Below are positions 56,018 to 64,000 of a stretch of DNA of 64,000 nucleotides, piece after piece (position 1 is the first letter of the stretch; every line of letters starts with the position of its first letter). The position numbers and the translations under genes were made by a program. Origin of the DNA: an uncultured virus (IMG/VR IMGVR_UViG_3300028283_000001) (Duplodnaviria; Heunggongvirae; Uroviricota; Caudoviricetes). The stretch lies in IMG/VR virus record IMGVR_UViG_3300028283_000001, one strand, 5' to 3'. The notes beneath the pieces were generated by a model. It worked only from the letters and a program-made list of their open reading frames with translations. It was not told the origin of the DNA and searched no databases.

Positions 56018-56704
56018 ATGTTTAGTGCTGAAGAAATTCCTCGGATTCGAAGGCGTTCATTGCCGATGTTGCCACCCTCCGTTCTTCAACGGCAAAGGGG
56101 GGAAAGGATTTGCCCAGCGCGCAATCAGAACGGTCAGCTTACATTAAAGGAAGCGTTGTTTGTTAGGGCCATCTGCTGTTGCCCCGAAGATCCCACGTTT
56201 GATAACATGTGTGCCGCCATGCGCAAGGCTGGTTATAATGGTAAGCACGTGGGGGTGGCTGCGTATGAGTTGATGAAGAAACCAAAGATCGCCAATGCAA
56301 TAGAAAAATATCGTCAAAATATTATGCAAGAATTTGATATCACACCAAAAAAAGTATTGCAAGAAATAGCGGCTACCGCATTTAGCGATTTCGGTGATTT
56401 TTATAATAATGACGGTACCCTAAAGAACTTAAAGCGACTCTCAAAGGCTGCTAGAGTCGCTTTGCATGGGGTTGATATTCAGTATGGATTGAATTCTGAT
56501 GGAATTCCAGCAGTAACACAAAAGATTAAGTTGCATGATAAGTTAAAAGGGTTAGAATTATTGGGTAAATATCATAAGCTGTTTACTGATAACGTGAATA
56601 TCACTAATTTGGATTCTGACATCACGCAGGATGAACGGGCGGCGCAAACAAGGAGCCGATTATTGGCTGAGCTTTCAAACGATAAGGATGATGGAGGCGA
56701 ATGA
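56018..56704 (+). CDS. terS: Terminase small subunit
   Basis: AMRKAGY, LMKKPKI..AI, VLQEIA..AFSD, KIKLHDKLKGLELLGKY..LF. Confidence 0.88.
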   Translation: MFSAEEIPRIRRRSLPMLPPSVLQRQRGERICPARNQNGQLTLKEALFVRAICCCPEDPTFDNMCAAMRKAGYNGKHVGVAAYELMKKPKIANAIEKYRQNIMQEFDITPKKVLQEIAATAFSDFGDFYNNDGTLKNLKRLSKAARVALHGVDIQYGLNSDGIPAVTQKIKLHDKLKGLELLGKYHKLFTDNVNITNLDSDITQDERAAQTRSRLLAELSNDKDDGGE

Positions 56705-58233
56705 CCGCATTATCTCTTATAGATTTTTGGCGCATAAGAAGGCGACATGAAGGGTTGAAAACAATCGTGCGCCCATGCCATCACACTATTGCTGAAGCAT
56801 TAACACATTTAATGCTGGGCAAGCTCTCCACTCCTAACCTTATGATATTGCAACCTCCACGTACGGGCAAATCAGATCTTTTGCGTGCGTTTCAAGAATG
56901 GGCGTTTTCATACTTTCCAGACTCAGAATTTATTGATGCGGCTTACGGCACGGATCTTGCCACGAAGATGTGTGAAGACACCCGGACAACCTTGTCGGCA
57001 TCTTGGTATAGAGATTGTTGTGATTCTACTTGGGGCGCACATGTGGCGTCAAGGGGGGCAAGCGTAGGAGGAAGAAAAGATTACTTTCACACTGTAGAAG
57101 GCGGCAGCGTGAAGGCGGTGGGTAGTGGAACGGGGTCTTTGGGTTTTGGGGCAGGAAAGTTACGACCAGAGTTTGGCGGGGCGGTTTTGATAGATGATCC
57201 TTTGAAGCTACAGGATGCCACTTCTGTAGCGGTGAGAAAAAGCACTGTTGAATGGATTCATGGGGCATTAGAATCCAGACGGAACAGGAAAAAAGATCCT
57301 ATGACCCCATTGGTTCTTGACATGCAAAGATTACATCCACAAGACCCTGCTGGTCATCTTTTGTCTACAGAGCGTCACCGGTGGACGGTGATCCAAGTTC
57401 CTGCACATGATGAAAACAATCAATCTATTTGGCCTGCTCGGATTAGTATGAATGAGCTTGAACACCTTAAAATATATGATCTTGATACGTACCTTTCTCA
57501 GTACATGCAATCACCATCTACCACCGCGTACGAATTATTAATATCTGATTGGTGGCGATTTTGGGTTGATAGAAGTGAAGTGGAGAAACGCATTACCCTG
57601 AAGTTGATCACCGCTGATACCGCTTTTAAAGAAGGGGATAGCAACGATTACAGTGTTTTACAATGTTGGGGGTGTTTAGGAGTAGGCGGAATGGTTCTTC
57701 TTGATCAGGTTCGGGGCAAGTGGGATTTTCCTGATTTATGTAAAGAGGCCATAGATTTTTTGAAGAAGCATCGACAGCCGATCCCCGGCATCACCCCTGT
57801 GACGGAGTGTTGGGTAGAAGACCGGGCCAGTGGAACTTCTCTTGTGCAAACACTTCGAAAGGCTGGGCTTCCTTTTCGACAATGGCTCCCTCCGCATGCT
57901 GATCAAAAACTGATTGATGGAAGCCAGGTTTTATCAGGCCCGGATAAGGTGAGCCGAGTAAAGCAGAGCAGTATGACAATTAAGCCTGGTAGAATCTTTT
58001 TACCCTGGCCAGGACTTTCTGATTGCCGTTGGGTGGAGGGGCTGGTTAATGAGTGCATGTCTTTTAGTAATGATGATTCTCATCTTTATGATGATCAGGT
58101 GGACGCAATGACCATGGCTAACCTTATTTGGCAACAACGGGGCGGGGGCGTAGGGGCCATTTCAGTTGTTCGGAGTAACGGGTGGCAAGATTGGTTGCAT
58201 CGGAACGAACAGCATTGGAGGAAAGCCGCATAA
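56701..58233 (+). CDS. terL: Terminase large subunit
   Basis: PPRTGKS Walker A, LIDDPLK Walker B, MQRLH..D, YMQSP, DTAFK...NDYS, VEDRASG, DDQVDAMT. Confidence 0.95.
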   Translation: MTALSLIDFWRIRRRHEGLKTIVRPCHHTIAEALTHLMLGKLSTPNLMILQPPRTGKSDLLRAFQEWAFSYFPDSEFIDAAYGTDLATKMCEDTRTTLSASWYRDCCDSTWGAHVASRGASVGGRKDYFHTVEGGSVKAVGSGTGSLGFGAGKLRPEFGGAVLIDDPLKLQDATSVAVRKSTVEWIHGALESRRNRKKDPMTPLVLDMQRLHPQDPAGHLLSTERHRWTVIQVPAHDENNQSIWPARISMNELEHLKIYDLDTYLSQYMQSPSTTAYELLISDWWRFWVDRSEVEKRITLKLITADTAFKEGDSNDYSVLQCWGCLGVGGMVLLDQVRGKWDFPDLCKEAIDFLKKHRQPIPGITPVTECWVEDRASGTSLVQTLRKAGLPFRQWLPPHADQKLIDGSQVLSGPDKVSRVKQSSMTIKPGRIFLPWPGLSDCRWVEGLVNECMSFSNDDSHLYDDQVDAMTMANLIWQQRGGGVGAISVVRSNGWQDWLHRNEQHWRKAA

Positions 58234-60738
58234 ATGCTAAAAAATACATTGACTCCACAATTCACTCGTAAATCACGGGTTCAAAATGCTTCTTTCGCCT
58301 CTTCTATTAATGGGGCATTAGGAGAGGGGGATAGAGGCGCTTTTCAACGAGTCCCTGCTATTACTGGAAACCCATACGAATTTCAGAACTATCTTGACCG
58401 CTGGCGGCAGTATTGCCATCTGTATGAAATCTGTTGGGAAGCCCGTAAAATAGTCCGTATCCCTGTGGAGGACGCATTACGAAAAGACTGGGAAATAGAG
58501 AATATTCCAGAGGGGATTACCAAAATACTTCGTAAGGAAGAAAAGAAGTTTAAGTTCCGTGATTCCCTTGCCCGTGCATGGATGCTGGAGCGGTTATTGG
58601 GAGGGTGTATACAGTTTTTTGGCCTGGAGCAGAATACAGATGATGTTTCTAAGCTGTACCAACCATTACTGGGAATGTCAAAGCTGCGGTTTATCAATGT
58701 TATCCCTGTCAGCAGAATCTCCCGTGTAAATTGGGAGACTGACCCCCTGAAGATAGGCTATATGCGGCCTAACGAGTTCATAATTAATGGGCATAATATG
58801 CATATCAGCCGGTGTATTCTGTGGGATGGAGAACCGCTGTTCGACCCATATGATTTCGCTCTTACTCAGTTCAGGGCGAACCTGGCGGGATTTGGGCCCA
58901 GTAAACTTGCTCCTATATGGGATGATATCGTAAAGGCTGTAGGTACCAGGCAGGCTGCATATCAACTTATCCAAACCAATAATGCTCTGATAATGGCCGT
59001 CAGCCAGTTGCAGGATCTTGTGGGGACCAACCCCGGAAAGGCAAAGCTGGCAGAACTAAAAGAGATCACCAAACATTTATCCCTTTATCGAGCGGCCATT
59101 ATAGATAAGGAAAAAGTTACGATTAGTCAGCAGTCCGCAGCCTTTGGCAGTGTTCCGGAATTGCTGATGACATTCTTACAAGTCTTATCGGCCGCTTCCG
59201 ACATACCGGCCACCCGGTTTCTGGGGCAGGCCCCCGGTGGGCTGAACGCCACAGGAGAAAGTGATTTGGAGAATTACTATAATGTGGTGGATGCCATGCA
59301 GCGGCAGAAACTGGAACCTGCCATTCGACAATTTTATGATATCCTCGGGTATCATAAGTGGCCAGACAGCTGGGGGAGAATCCGGGAAGACCTGGAGATC
59401 AAGTTTCCACCCCTTTGGAATATCAATGAGCTGGAAGAAGCACAAAAGAATCAAATCGAGATTGCCAATGTTATGCAGTGTTGGGAAGCGGGGGTTTTGC
59501 CTGATGAAAAGTTGGTTGAGGAGCTTAATCTGAAACAGGTTTTTTCCTGTGACTTGGACGAGAAAGATATTGACCTGATGAAGTCCATGCAGGATGATTC
59601 TGGTTTTTATGGGGCTGATCAGGGGGTTGATTCTTCTGAGGAGAGACGCAGGCAGACTGCTGCGACGCGTTCGGCTGGGGGTCAAGGGGGTTATAAGGGT
59701 GAAGGTGAGGGGGAGAAACCTGCGACCGCTGAGGGGCCACCCCTTAAAAAACCACCTTTGTCTAAAATTGGGAACAAAGCCGAATTTAAAGAAGAAGAAC
59801 ACCCACGGGCTGATGATGGTAAGTTTGGTTCTGGGGCGGGTGAAGCTTCTGTGACAGATAAAAAACCAAAGCCTGCTAAAATGTCTGACGAAGAAAAGAA
59901 TCAACAGAAGGAAGAACAATTTCAAGAGTTGTTGGCGACTAAAAACCCGCATGATCAAGAAGCCTTTAAAAAGGCACAAACATTAGGGATAAATGTTCAG
60001 CCCGCTTGGACAGATGTGTGGGTAAACGATGATCCTAACGCTGATATTTTAGCTTTGGGCCGCGATAAGAAAGGAAAATTGCAATATACCAGGAGTGCAG
60101 CAGCCTCCAAACGGGCTGAAATTAAAAAGTATAACCGCTTACGAGATTTTAGTAATGATTATGCGGGAATTATGAATGCTGTTGATAAAGATTTTTATCG
60201 GTCTGTTGAATCTCAAGTTCTTTATTTGATTAGCAAAACGGGTTTCCGCGTGGGCGGGGAAGAAGGTTCCACGGCGGCTGAAGAGCAAGCATATGGGGCA
60301 TCTACACTGACTTCTGATATGGTGAAGATAGACGGTGATGTTATTCAGTTTACCTTTACGGGTAAGCATGGGGTAAAACAAAATCATTTGTTGACAGACC
60401 CTAAAATGGCCAATTTGCTTCGTCATAAACAGGGACAACTTTTTAACACTAATGATGCAAAAGTTTTAAAGTATATGAAAAAAACAAGCGGTAAGGATTA
60501 CTTGACGAAAGATTTAAGAACTTATGTTGGGACAAAGACCGCCCTGGTTGCAATAGAAAAGATGGACACCCCCGTGGGGGAAAAGGCAATTAAGAAGGCC
60601 ATGATGGAAGTGGCTAAAATTGTGAGCGCTAAATTAGGCAATGCCCCTAAAATGGCGCTTGATAGTTATATTGATCCAATGGTATTTGATCGGTGGAAGG
60701 GGTTAGCTGATGCTACAAAGCAACAACAAAAAGGATGA
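58234..60738 (+). CDS. Portal protein (DUF1073-like) fused to a C-terminal DNA topoisomerase IB domain
   Basis: Portal motifs ARKIV.IP.EDA.R and AASDIP.TRFLGQAPGGLNATGESDLENYY; TopIB motifs PAWTDVW..GRDKKGKLQY, TGFR, YGASTL, FTGKHG, KDLRT, LGN....SYIDP. Confidence 0.9.
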   Translation: MLKNTLTPQFTRKSRVQNASFASSINGALGEGDRGAFQRVPAITGNPYEFQNYLDRWRQYCHLYEICWEARKIVRIPVEDALRKDWEIENIPEGITKILRKEEKKFKFRDSLARAWMLERLLGGCIQFFGLEQNTDDVSKLYQPLLGMSKLRFINVIPVSRISRVNWETDPLKIGYMRPNEFIINGHNMHISRCILWDGEPLFDPYDFALTQFRANLAGFGPSKLAPIWDDIVKAVGTRQAAYQLIQTNNALIMAVSQLQDLVGTNPGKAKLAELKEITKHLSLYRAAIIDKEKVTISQQSAAFGSVPELLMTFLQVLSAASDIPATRFLGQAPGGLNATGESDLENYYNVVDAMQRQKLEPAIRQFYDILGYHKWPDSWGRIREDLEIKFPPLWNINELEEAQKNQIEIANVMQCWEAGVLPDEKLVEELNLKQVFSCDLDEKDIDLMKSMQDDSGFYGADQGVDSSEERRRQTAATRSAGGQGGYKGEGEGEKPATAEGPPLKKPPLSKIGNKAEFKEEEHPRADDGKFGSGAGEASVTDKKPKPAKMSDEEKNQQKEEQFQELLATKNPHDQEAFKKAQTLGINVQPAWTDVWVNDDPNADILALGRDKKGKLQYTRSAAASKRAEIKKYNRLRDFSNDYAGIMNAVDKDFYRSVESQVLYLISKTGFRVGGEEGSTAAEEQAYGASTLTSDMVKIDGDVIQFTFTGKHGVKQNHLLTDPKMANLLRHKQGQLFNTNDAKVLKYMKKTSGKDYLTKDLRTYVGTKTALVAIEKMDTPVGEKAIKKAMMEVAKIVSAKLGNAPKMALDSYIDPMVFDRWKGLADATKQQQKG
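59645..59700 (+). repeat. Dispersed element core, copy D (in the portal-TopIB linker)
   Basis: GACGCAGGCAGACTGCTGCGACGCGTTCGGC followed by GGGGTTATAAGGG. Confidence 0.9.
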
Positions 60739-60739
60739 A

Positions 60740-61048
60740 ATGCCAGTAACGGATGGGGACGTGTTAATGCAAGATTATGTGCATTCGATGATCTTTCAAA
60801 ACGCTGATGGCACTATATTTGATGAATCTGCAGATGGAACGGAAGCGTCGTCCCCTCAGGTTGTTATTCACAACATGGTTTCTGCCCCCGTTATTTATAA
60901 CCCAGAACAGGTTATGGCAGGAATGAAGGTAGAGTTTGAGCATAACGATTTAACACAAGGGGATCCGGTTAAGATTGCAGAAATTGTTAAGGCCCATCTG
61001 GATGAGGATCCTGAATACTACACCAAACTTGAAAAGGCGGGGTTATGA
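60740..61048 (+). CDS. DUF5661-like small protein
   Basis: GMKVEFEH......IV.AHL.EDPEYYTKL. Confidence 0.7.
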   Translation: MPVTDGDVLMQDYVHSMIFQNADGTIFDESADGTEASSPQVVIHNMVSAPVIYNPEQVMAGMKVEFEHNDLTQGDPVKIAEIVKAHLDEDPEYYTKLEKAGL

Positions 61049-61302
61049 ATTCTTTTGAAAACGGTAGGCAAAAAGCATTGAATGCATTCAAAAAGAAAGA
61101 AGCTGAGCAGGGTTTAATTTTTGGGCGTACGTGGGAAGAGGTTCAATCAATGCAGCAAAAAACATATATTCCCAAAACGGTTGATGTTTCCCCTGTTGGG
61201 GATTATGGTGCAGACCCATTGGGAAATGGTAAATTTAAAATGGTTCCATCTGGGGATATTGTTGACTTGGCAGAAATGAAGCGAAGGCGGGGTTATAAAT
61301 AA
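61045..61302 (+). CDS. Small hypothetical protein with NSFENGRQKA motif (candidate capsid cargo)
   Basis: N-terminal motif shared with 11459 and 62235 ORFs; in the head operon. Confidence 0.65.
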   Translation: MNSFENGRQKALNAFKKKEAEQGLIFGRTWEEVQSMQQKTYIPKTVDVSPVGDYGADPLGNGKFKMVPSGDIVDLAEMKRRRGYK

Positions 61303-61303
61303 A

Positions 61304-62218
61304 ATGCCGCTTATCCTTGACATACGGCAGGCAAAAGCGCTGAAGCGGAAAAAACGGGTGAAGAAACTTCGACCTGTGAAATCCCCGGCTATGGCGCAGA
61401 AGCTGTTGCAGCAGCAAACAGAACGTCTATGGGAACAGATTATTTTCCCTTCCCTGGAGCGGATTAAACAGGCCGTGACCAATGGGGTAGATCTTGAGCA
61501 GCTTTCCCAGCTGTTGCAGCAGGAAATGGAGCAAGCCGCGTGGATGTATGGAATGGAAACCGAACAAATTGTAGATATGTGGAGGTTGACGGTAGATAAG
61601 TTAACCAAAATCAAGTTGAATGCTGTGCTTAACAGGTCTTTGGGTATTGATTTGACTGCGGTGCTGGATGACCCCTCTGTAGCAGAAGCCTTGGCGGTGG
61701 GAGCGTTTCAGGCGGAGGAGCTTATCAAAACCATGCCGACAAAAGTCATGGGGCAGGTTGCGCAGGCGGTAATGGCCAATATGCGGGGGATCCCGCTACC
61801 GGAGGGGCGCAGCCTTCTTCAGCAGATAGAGTTTCTGGGCACCCGGAGTAAAAAATGGGCCCATGTTATTGCTCGTGATCAAACTGCGAAACTCAACGCC
61901 ACGCTGAATCAAACCCGGCAACAGGCGCTGGGCATTGACACTTATATTTGGCGTACGATGGAGGATTTACGGGTAGTGGGCAATCCTGCAGGGCAGTATC
62001 CTGGGTGGAATGATAAGCATATGGACCATTATGTAATGGACGGGTTATATTGCCGGTGGGATGATCCCACTGTATTCAGCACGGATGAAGGGAAGAGCTG
62101 GAGAAAGCGCACCGGAAAGATGCCAAAGAATCACCCAGCGGATGACATTCTTTGCCGCTGTTATACGGAAGCTGTGATGGACTTGGATAAAATACTGGCG
62201 CATGCCACTGTACAGTGA
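61304..62218 (+). CDS. Head morphogenesis protein (MuF/SPP1 gp7-like)
   Basis: IARDQTAKLN......RQ..LGI..Y.W.T..D.RV, H..MDG..C.WDDP, HP.DDILCRC. Confidence 0.9.
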   Translation: MPLILDIRQAKALKRKKRVKKLRPVKSPAMAQKLLQQQTERLWEQIIFPSLERIKQAVTNGVDLEQLSQLLQQEMEQAAWMYGMETEQIVDMWRLTVDKLTKIKLNAVLNRSLGIDLTAVLDDPSVAEALAVGAFQAEELIKTMPTKVMGQVAQAVMANMRGIPLPEGRSLLQQIEFLGTRSKKWAHVIARDQTAKLNATLNQTRQQALGIDTYIWRTMEDLRVVGNPAGQYPGWNDKHMDHYVMDGLYCRWDDPTVFSTDEGKSWRKRTGKMPKNHPADDILCRCYTEAVMDLDKILAHATVQ

Positions 62219-62234
62219 GGGGGGTAGATAAAAA

Positions 62235-63116
62235 ATGAGTTATAATGTTATGATTTCAGATAAATCTAAACCGAATACCGCACCGACAATGAAATTTGCT
62301 AAAGATGAAGCGGAGGCAAAAGCAATCGTTTCTCATGCAAAAGGGATGGGGTTAGAAGCTATTATGAAATTGGTAAGTAAAGATTATGATGAAAAAGCAT
62401 TTATTGCTTCCAGAAAAAAATCAGAAAAACATAATAAGAAAATTAATAATGTTTTCCAAAACGCAATTATTGATTATGGTGGGGGTTACCGAGTTGCTTC
62501 AACGCCTGTTGGCTGGATTGTTTTTTATTCTGGGATTAAGGTTGGGCATGGAAATAATGAAGAGGAAGCGAAACAGGTTATTAGAGATGATAGCAAGAAA
62601 AGGTTTTTTGGTCATCCACATGAGCCTGTTGCAAATTGTGCTTTCCAAAATGGTCGCACCCGCGCACTCGATCATATTACAAACAAGGCAGGGTTGGTTG
62701 GTGTGAAGCTGGAGAATGCGGGTGATGCGTATGAAGAAGGTGAGAATGCTGCACAGAATAATGTTTCACGAAATGCAAATAAATACCCCAAAGGATCAGG
62801 GCAATGGAAACAATGGGATTCTGGATGGAGTAACGCAACAGGAAACAGGTTGAAAAAGAAAGTAGCAAACATGGCAAGTAAGATTGGGGTACGGGTGGAG
62901 AATGCGGCAGTGTTGTATAAAACAGAATCAAAAAGCAAAAAATTTATCATTACGGTTACGAATGATAAAGAAGGTATTATTGAAGTAGTTAGCACAAGGG
63001 CAGATGGGTTTTATCCAACAGTAGAAGATCGAAGTAAATATACGGATGATAAGTCGAGACAACAGGTGATTACTATGGCTAAATCCTTTGCGGATAGTTT
63101 TGCAAGAAATAATTAA
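62235..63116 (+). CDS. Modular hypothetical protein (candidate cargo polyprotein)
   Basis: Short modules separated by FQNA, FQNG, VKLENA and VRVENA; between MuF and protease genes. Confidence 0.65.
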   Translation: MSYNVMISDKSKPNTAPTMKFAKDEAEAKAIVSHAKGMGLEAIMKLVSKDYDEKAFIASRKKSEKHNKKINNVFQNAIIDYGGGYRVASTPVGWIVFYSGIKVGHGNNEEEAKQVIRDDSKKRFFGHPHEPVANCAFQNGRTRALDHITNKAGLVGVKLENAGDAYEEGENAAQNNVSRNANKYPKGSGQWKQWDSGWSNATGNRLKKKVANMASKIGVRVENAAVLYKTESKSKKFIITVTNDKEGIIEVVSTRADGFYPTVEDRSKYTDDKSRQQVITMAKSFADSFARNN

Positions 63117-63126
63117 GGCTAAAATC

Positions 63127-64000
63127 ATGAAAATTACAAACCAGTTTACGCCAATCGCTCCCGAGTCTCCGAAGTGGGAAAAGACTGAGGACGGCTTTCT
63201 CCGCTGCAAGGCAAGGGTATTGATGGAGACCATAATGCCTTATGGTAGAAACGAGCTTGAAGGGCTGCCAGAGGGCTTTAAAAATTCAACCGTAAATATG
63301 TACGTACCCCTTGATGAAATAGTCGCCAGTGACGCCCTGCGGTCTCTGGAGGGGATGCCTATAGTGGCTGGGGACCATACTTGGATGACTCCGGAACTGA
63401 TATCCGATTATTCAATGGGCAATGTTTCTGGCACTCCGGTGGTAGAAGGGGGTAGTTTGATTTGTAACATTCTGGTGACGAATCCTGAAGCCATCGCCGC
63501 TATAGAGAATGGAAAGATCGGAGAGATTTCTGCAGCCTACCGAGCAGAGACAGAATTTGTCAATGGCACGTGGAATGAACAAACCTATGACGCAGTGCAA
63601 CGGGGCTTGCGTTTCAATCATATTGCTGTGATTCCGAAAGGACACGGCCGAGGCGGAAGTGAAGTACGAATCTTAAACAAAAAACAGGAGGACGTGAATA
63701 CCATGAGTGATGAAAAGAAAAAAGTCAGAGTGAAACTCCGGAACACCGGGAAGTATGTCAATGTGGATGAGGATGTGGCTCCGGACATCGAAGCTGAGGC
63801 CGATGCGGGGGAAGCCAAAACGGCGGGTATGGATGATAAGATCAGTACCCTGGAAGGGAAGAACGCTGATCTTGAAGCTCTCCAGGCAGAGATTGAGGAA
63901 CTGAAAGGGGAGCTGTCCGTGTACAAAGAGAAACTGGATCAGCTGCTCTCAGAGGAATCTGTTGAAGCTGCGGCTGAAGGCATGGTGGCAGAAACGGGCG
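63127..64000 (+). CDS. Prohead protease/scaffold (DUF2213-like), truncated by the window edge
   Basis: Read manually: MKITNQF..TEDGFL..SLEGMPI..H..EISAAY..FNHIAVIPKGHGRGGSEVRILN, then an acidic coiled coil; open to the end. Confidence 0.85.
   Translation, partial: MKITNQFTPIAPESPKWEKTEDGFLRCKARVLMETIMPYGRNELEGLPEGFKNSTVNMYVPLDEIVASDALRSLEGMPIVAGDHTWMTPELISDYSMGNVSGTPVVEGGSLICNILVTNPEAIAAIENGKIGEISAAYRAETEFVNGTWNEQTYDAVQRGLRFNHIAVIPKGHGRGGSEVRILNKKQEDVNTMSDEKKKVRVKLRNTGKYVNVDEDVAPDIEAEADAGEAKTAGMDDKISTLEGKNADLEALQAEIEELKGELSVYKEKLDQLLSEESVEAAAEGMVAETG

Noticed and set aside
59950..60738. Integrase (tyrosine recombinase) indicating a temperate lifestyle
   Set aside because: The motifs (PAWTDVW, GRD.KG..QY, F.GK.G, SYIDP) are those of TopIB; no integrase, repressor or att arrangement is seen in the window.

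Overview
The window covers most of a tailed dsDNA phage genome with a contractile tail (myovirus type). It appears circularly permuted: the head module is cut at the right edge and no major capsid gene is visible. All credible genes are on the + strand. Order: virion/neck genes interrupted by a six-gene glycosylation cassette (0.3-9.3 kb); sheath, tube, tape measure, baseplate, fibres and holin/lipoprotein (9.3-23.6 kb); a ~1.1 kb AT-rich non-coding control region; early genes including a sigma factor, SNF2 helicase and primase (24.7-32.6 kb); a self-contained replication/recombination module (initiator, DnaB, clamp, radical SAM + P-loop kinase, DnaE, clamp loader, SSB, RecA, RuvC, 5'-3' exonuclease, split Rad50 with Mre11; 32.8-51.7 kb); small ORFs plus a cluster of tRNA-like structured RNAs (52-56 kb); and terminase, portal, MuF-like and DUF2213-type protease genes (56-64 kb). 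Best candidates for undescribed biology: (1) a portal fused to an apparently intact type IB topoisomerase, plus several modular small proteins sharing an 'FxNGRxxA...GVKLEN' linker, suggesting an Asn-specific capsid-cargo processing system; (2) a glycosylation cassette with a Stealth-like phosphotransferase inside the neck operon; (3) a co-oriented dispersed hairpin element spaced ~15-19 kb apart, even inside coding sequences; (4) a 217-nt RNA with tRNA-like ends; (5) a radical SAM + kinase pair that may modify DNA. All family assignments come from motifs recognised by eye; no database searches were run.
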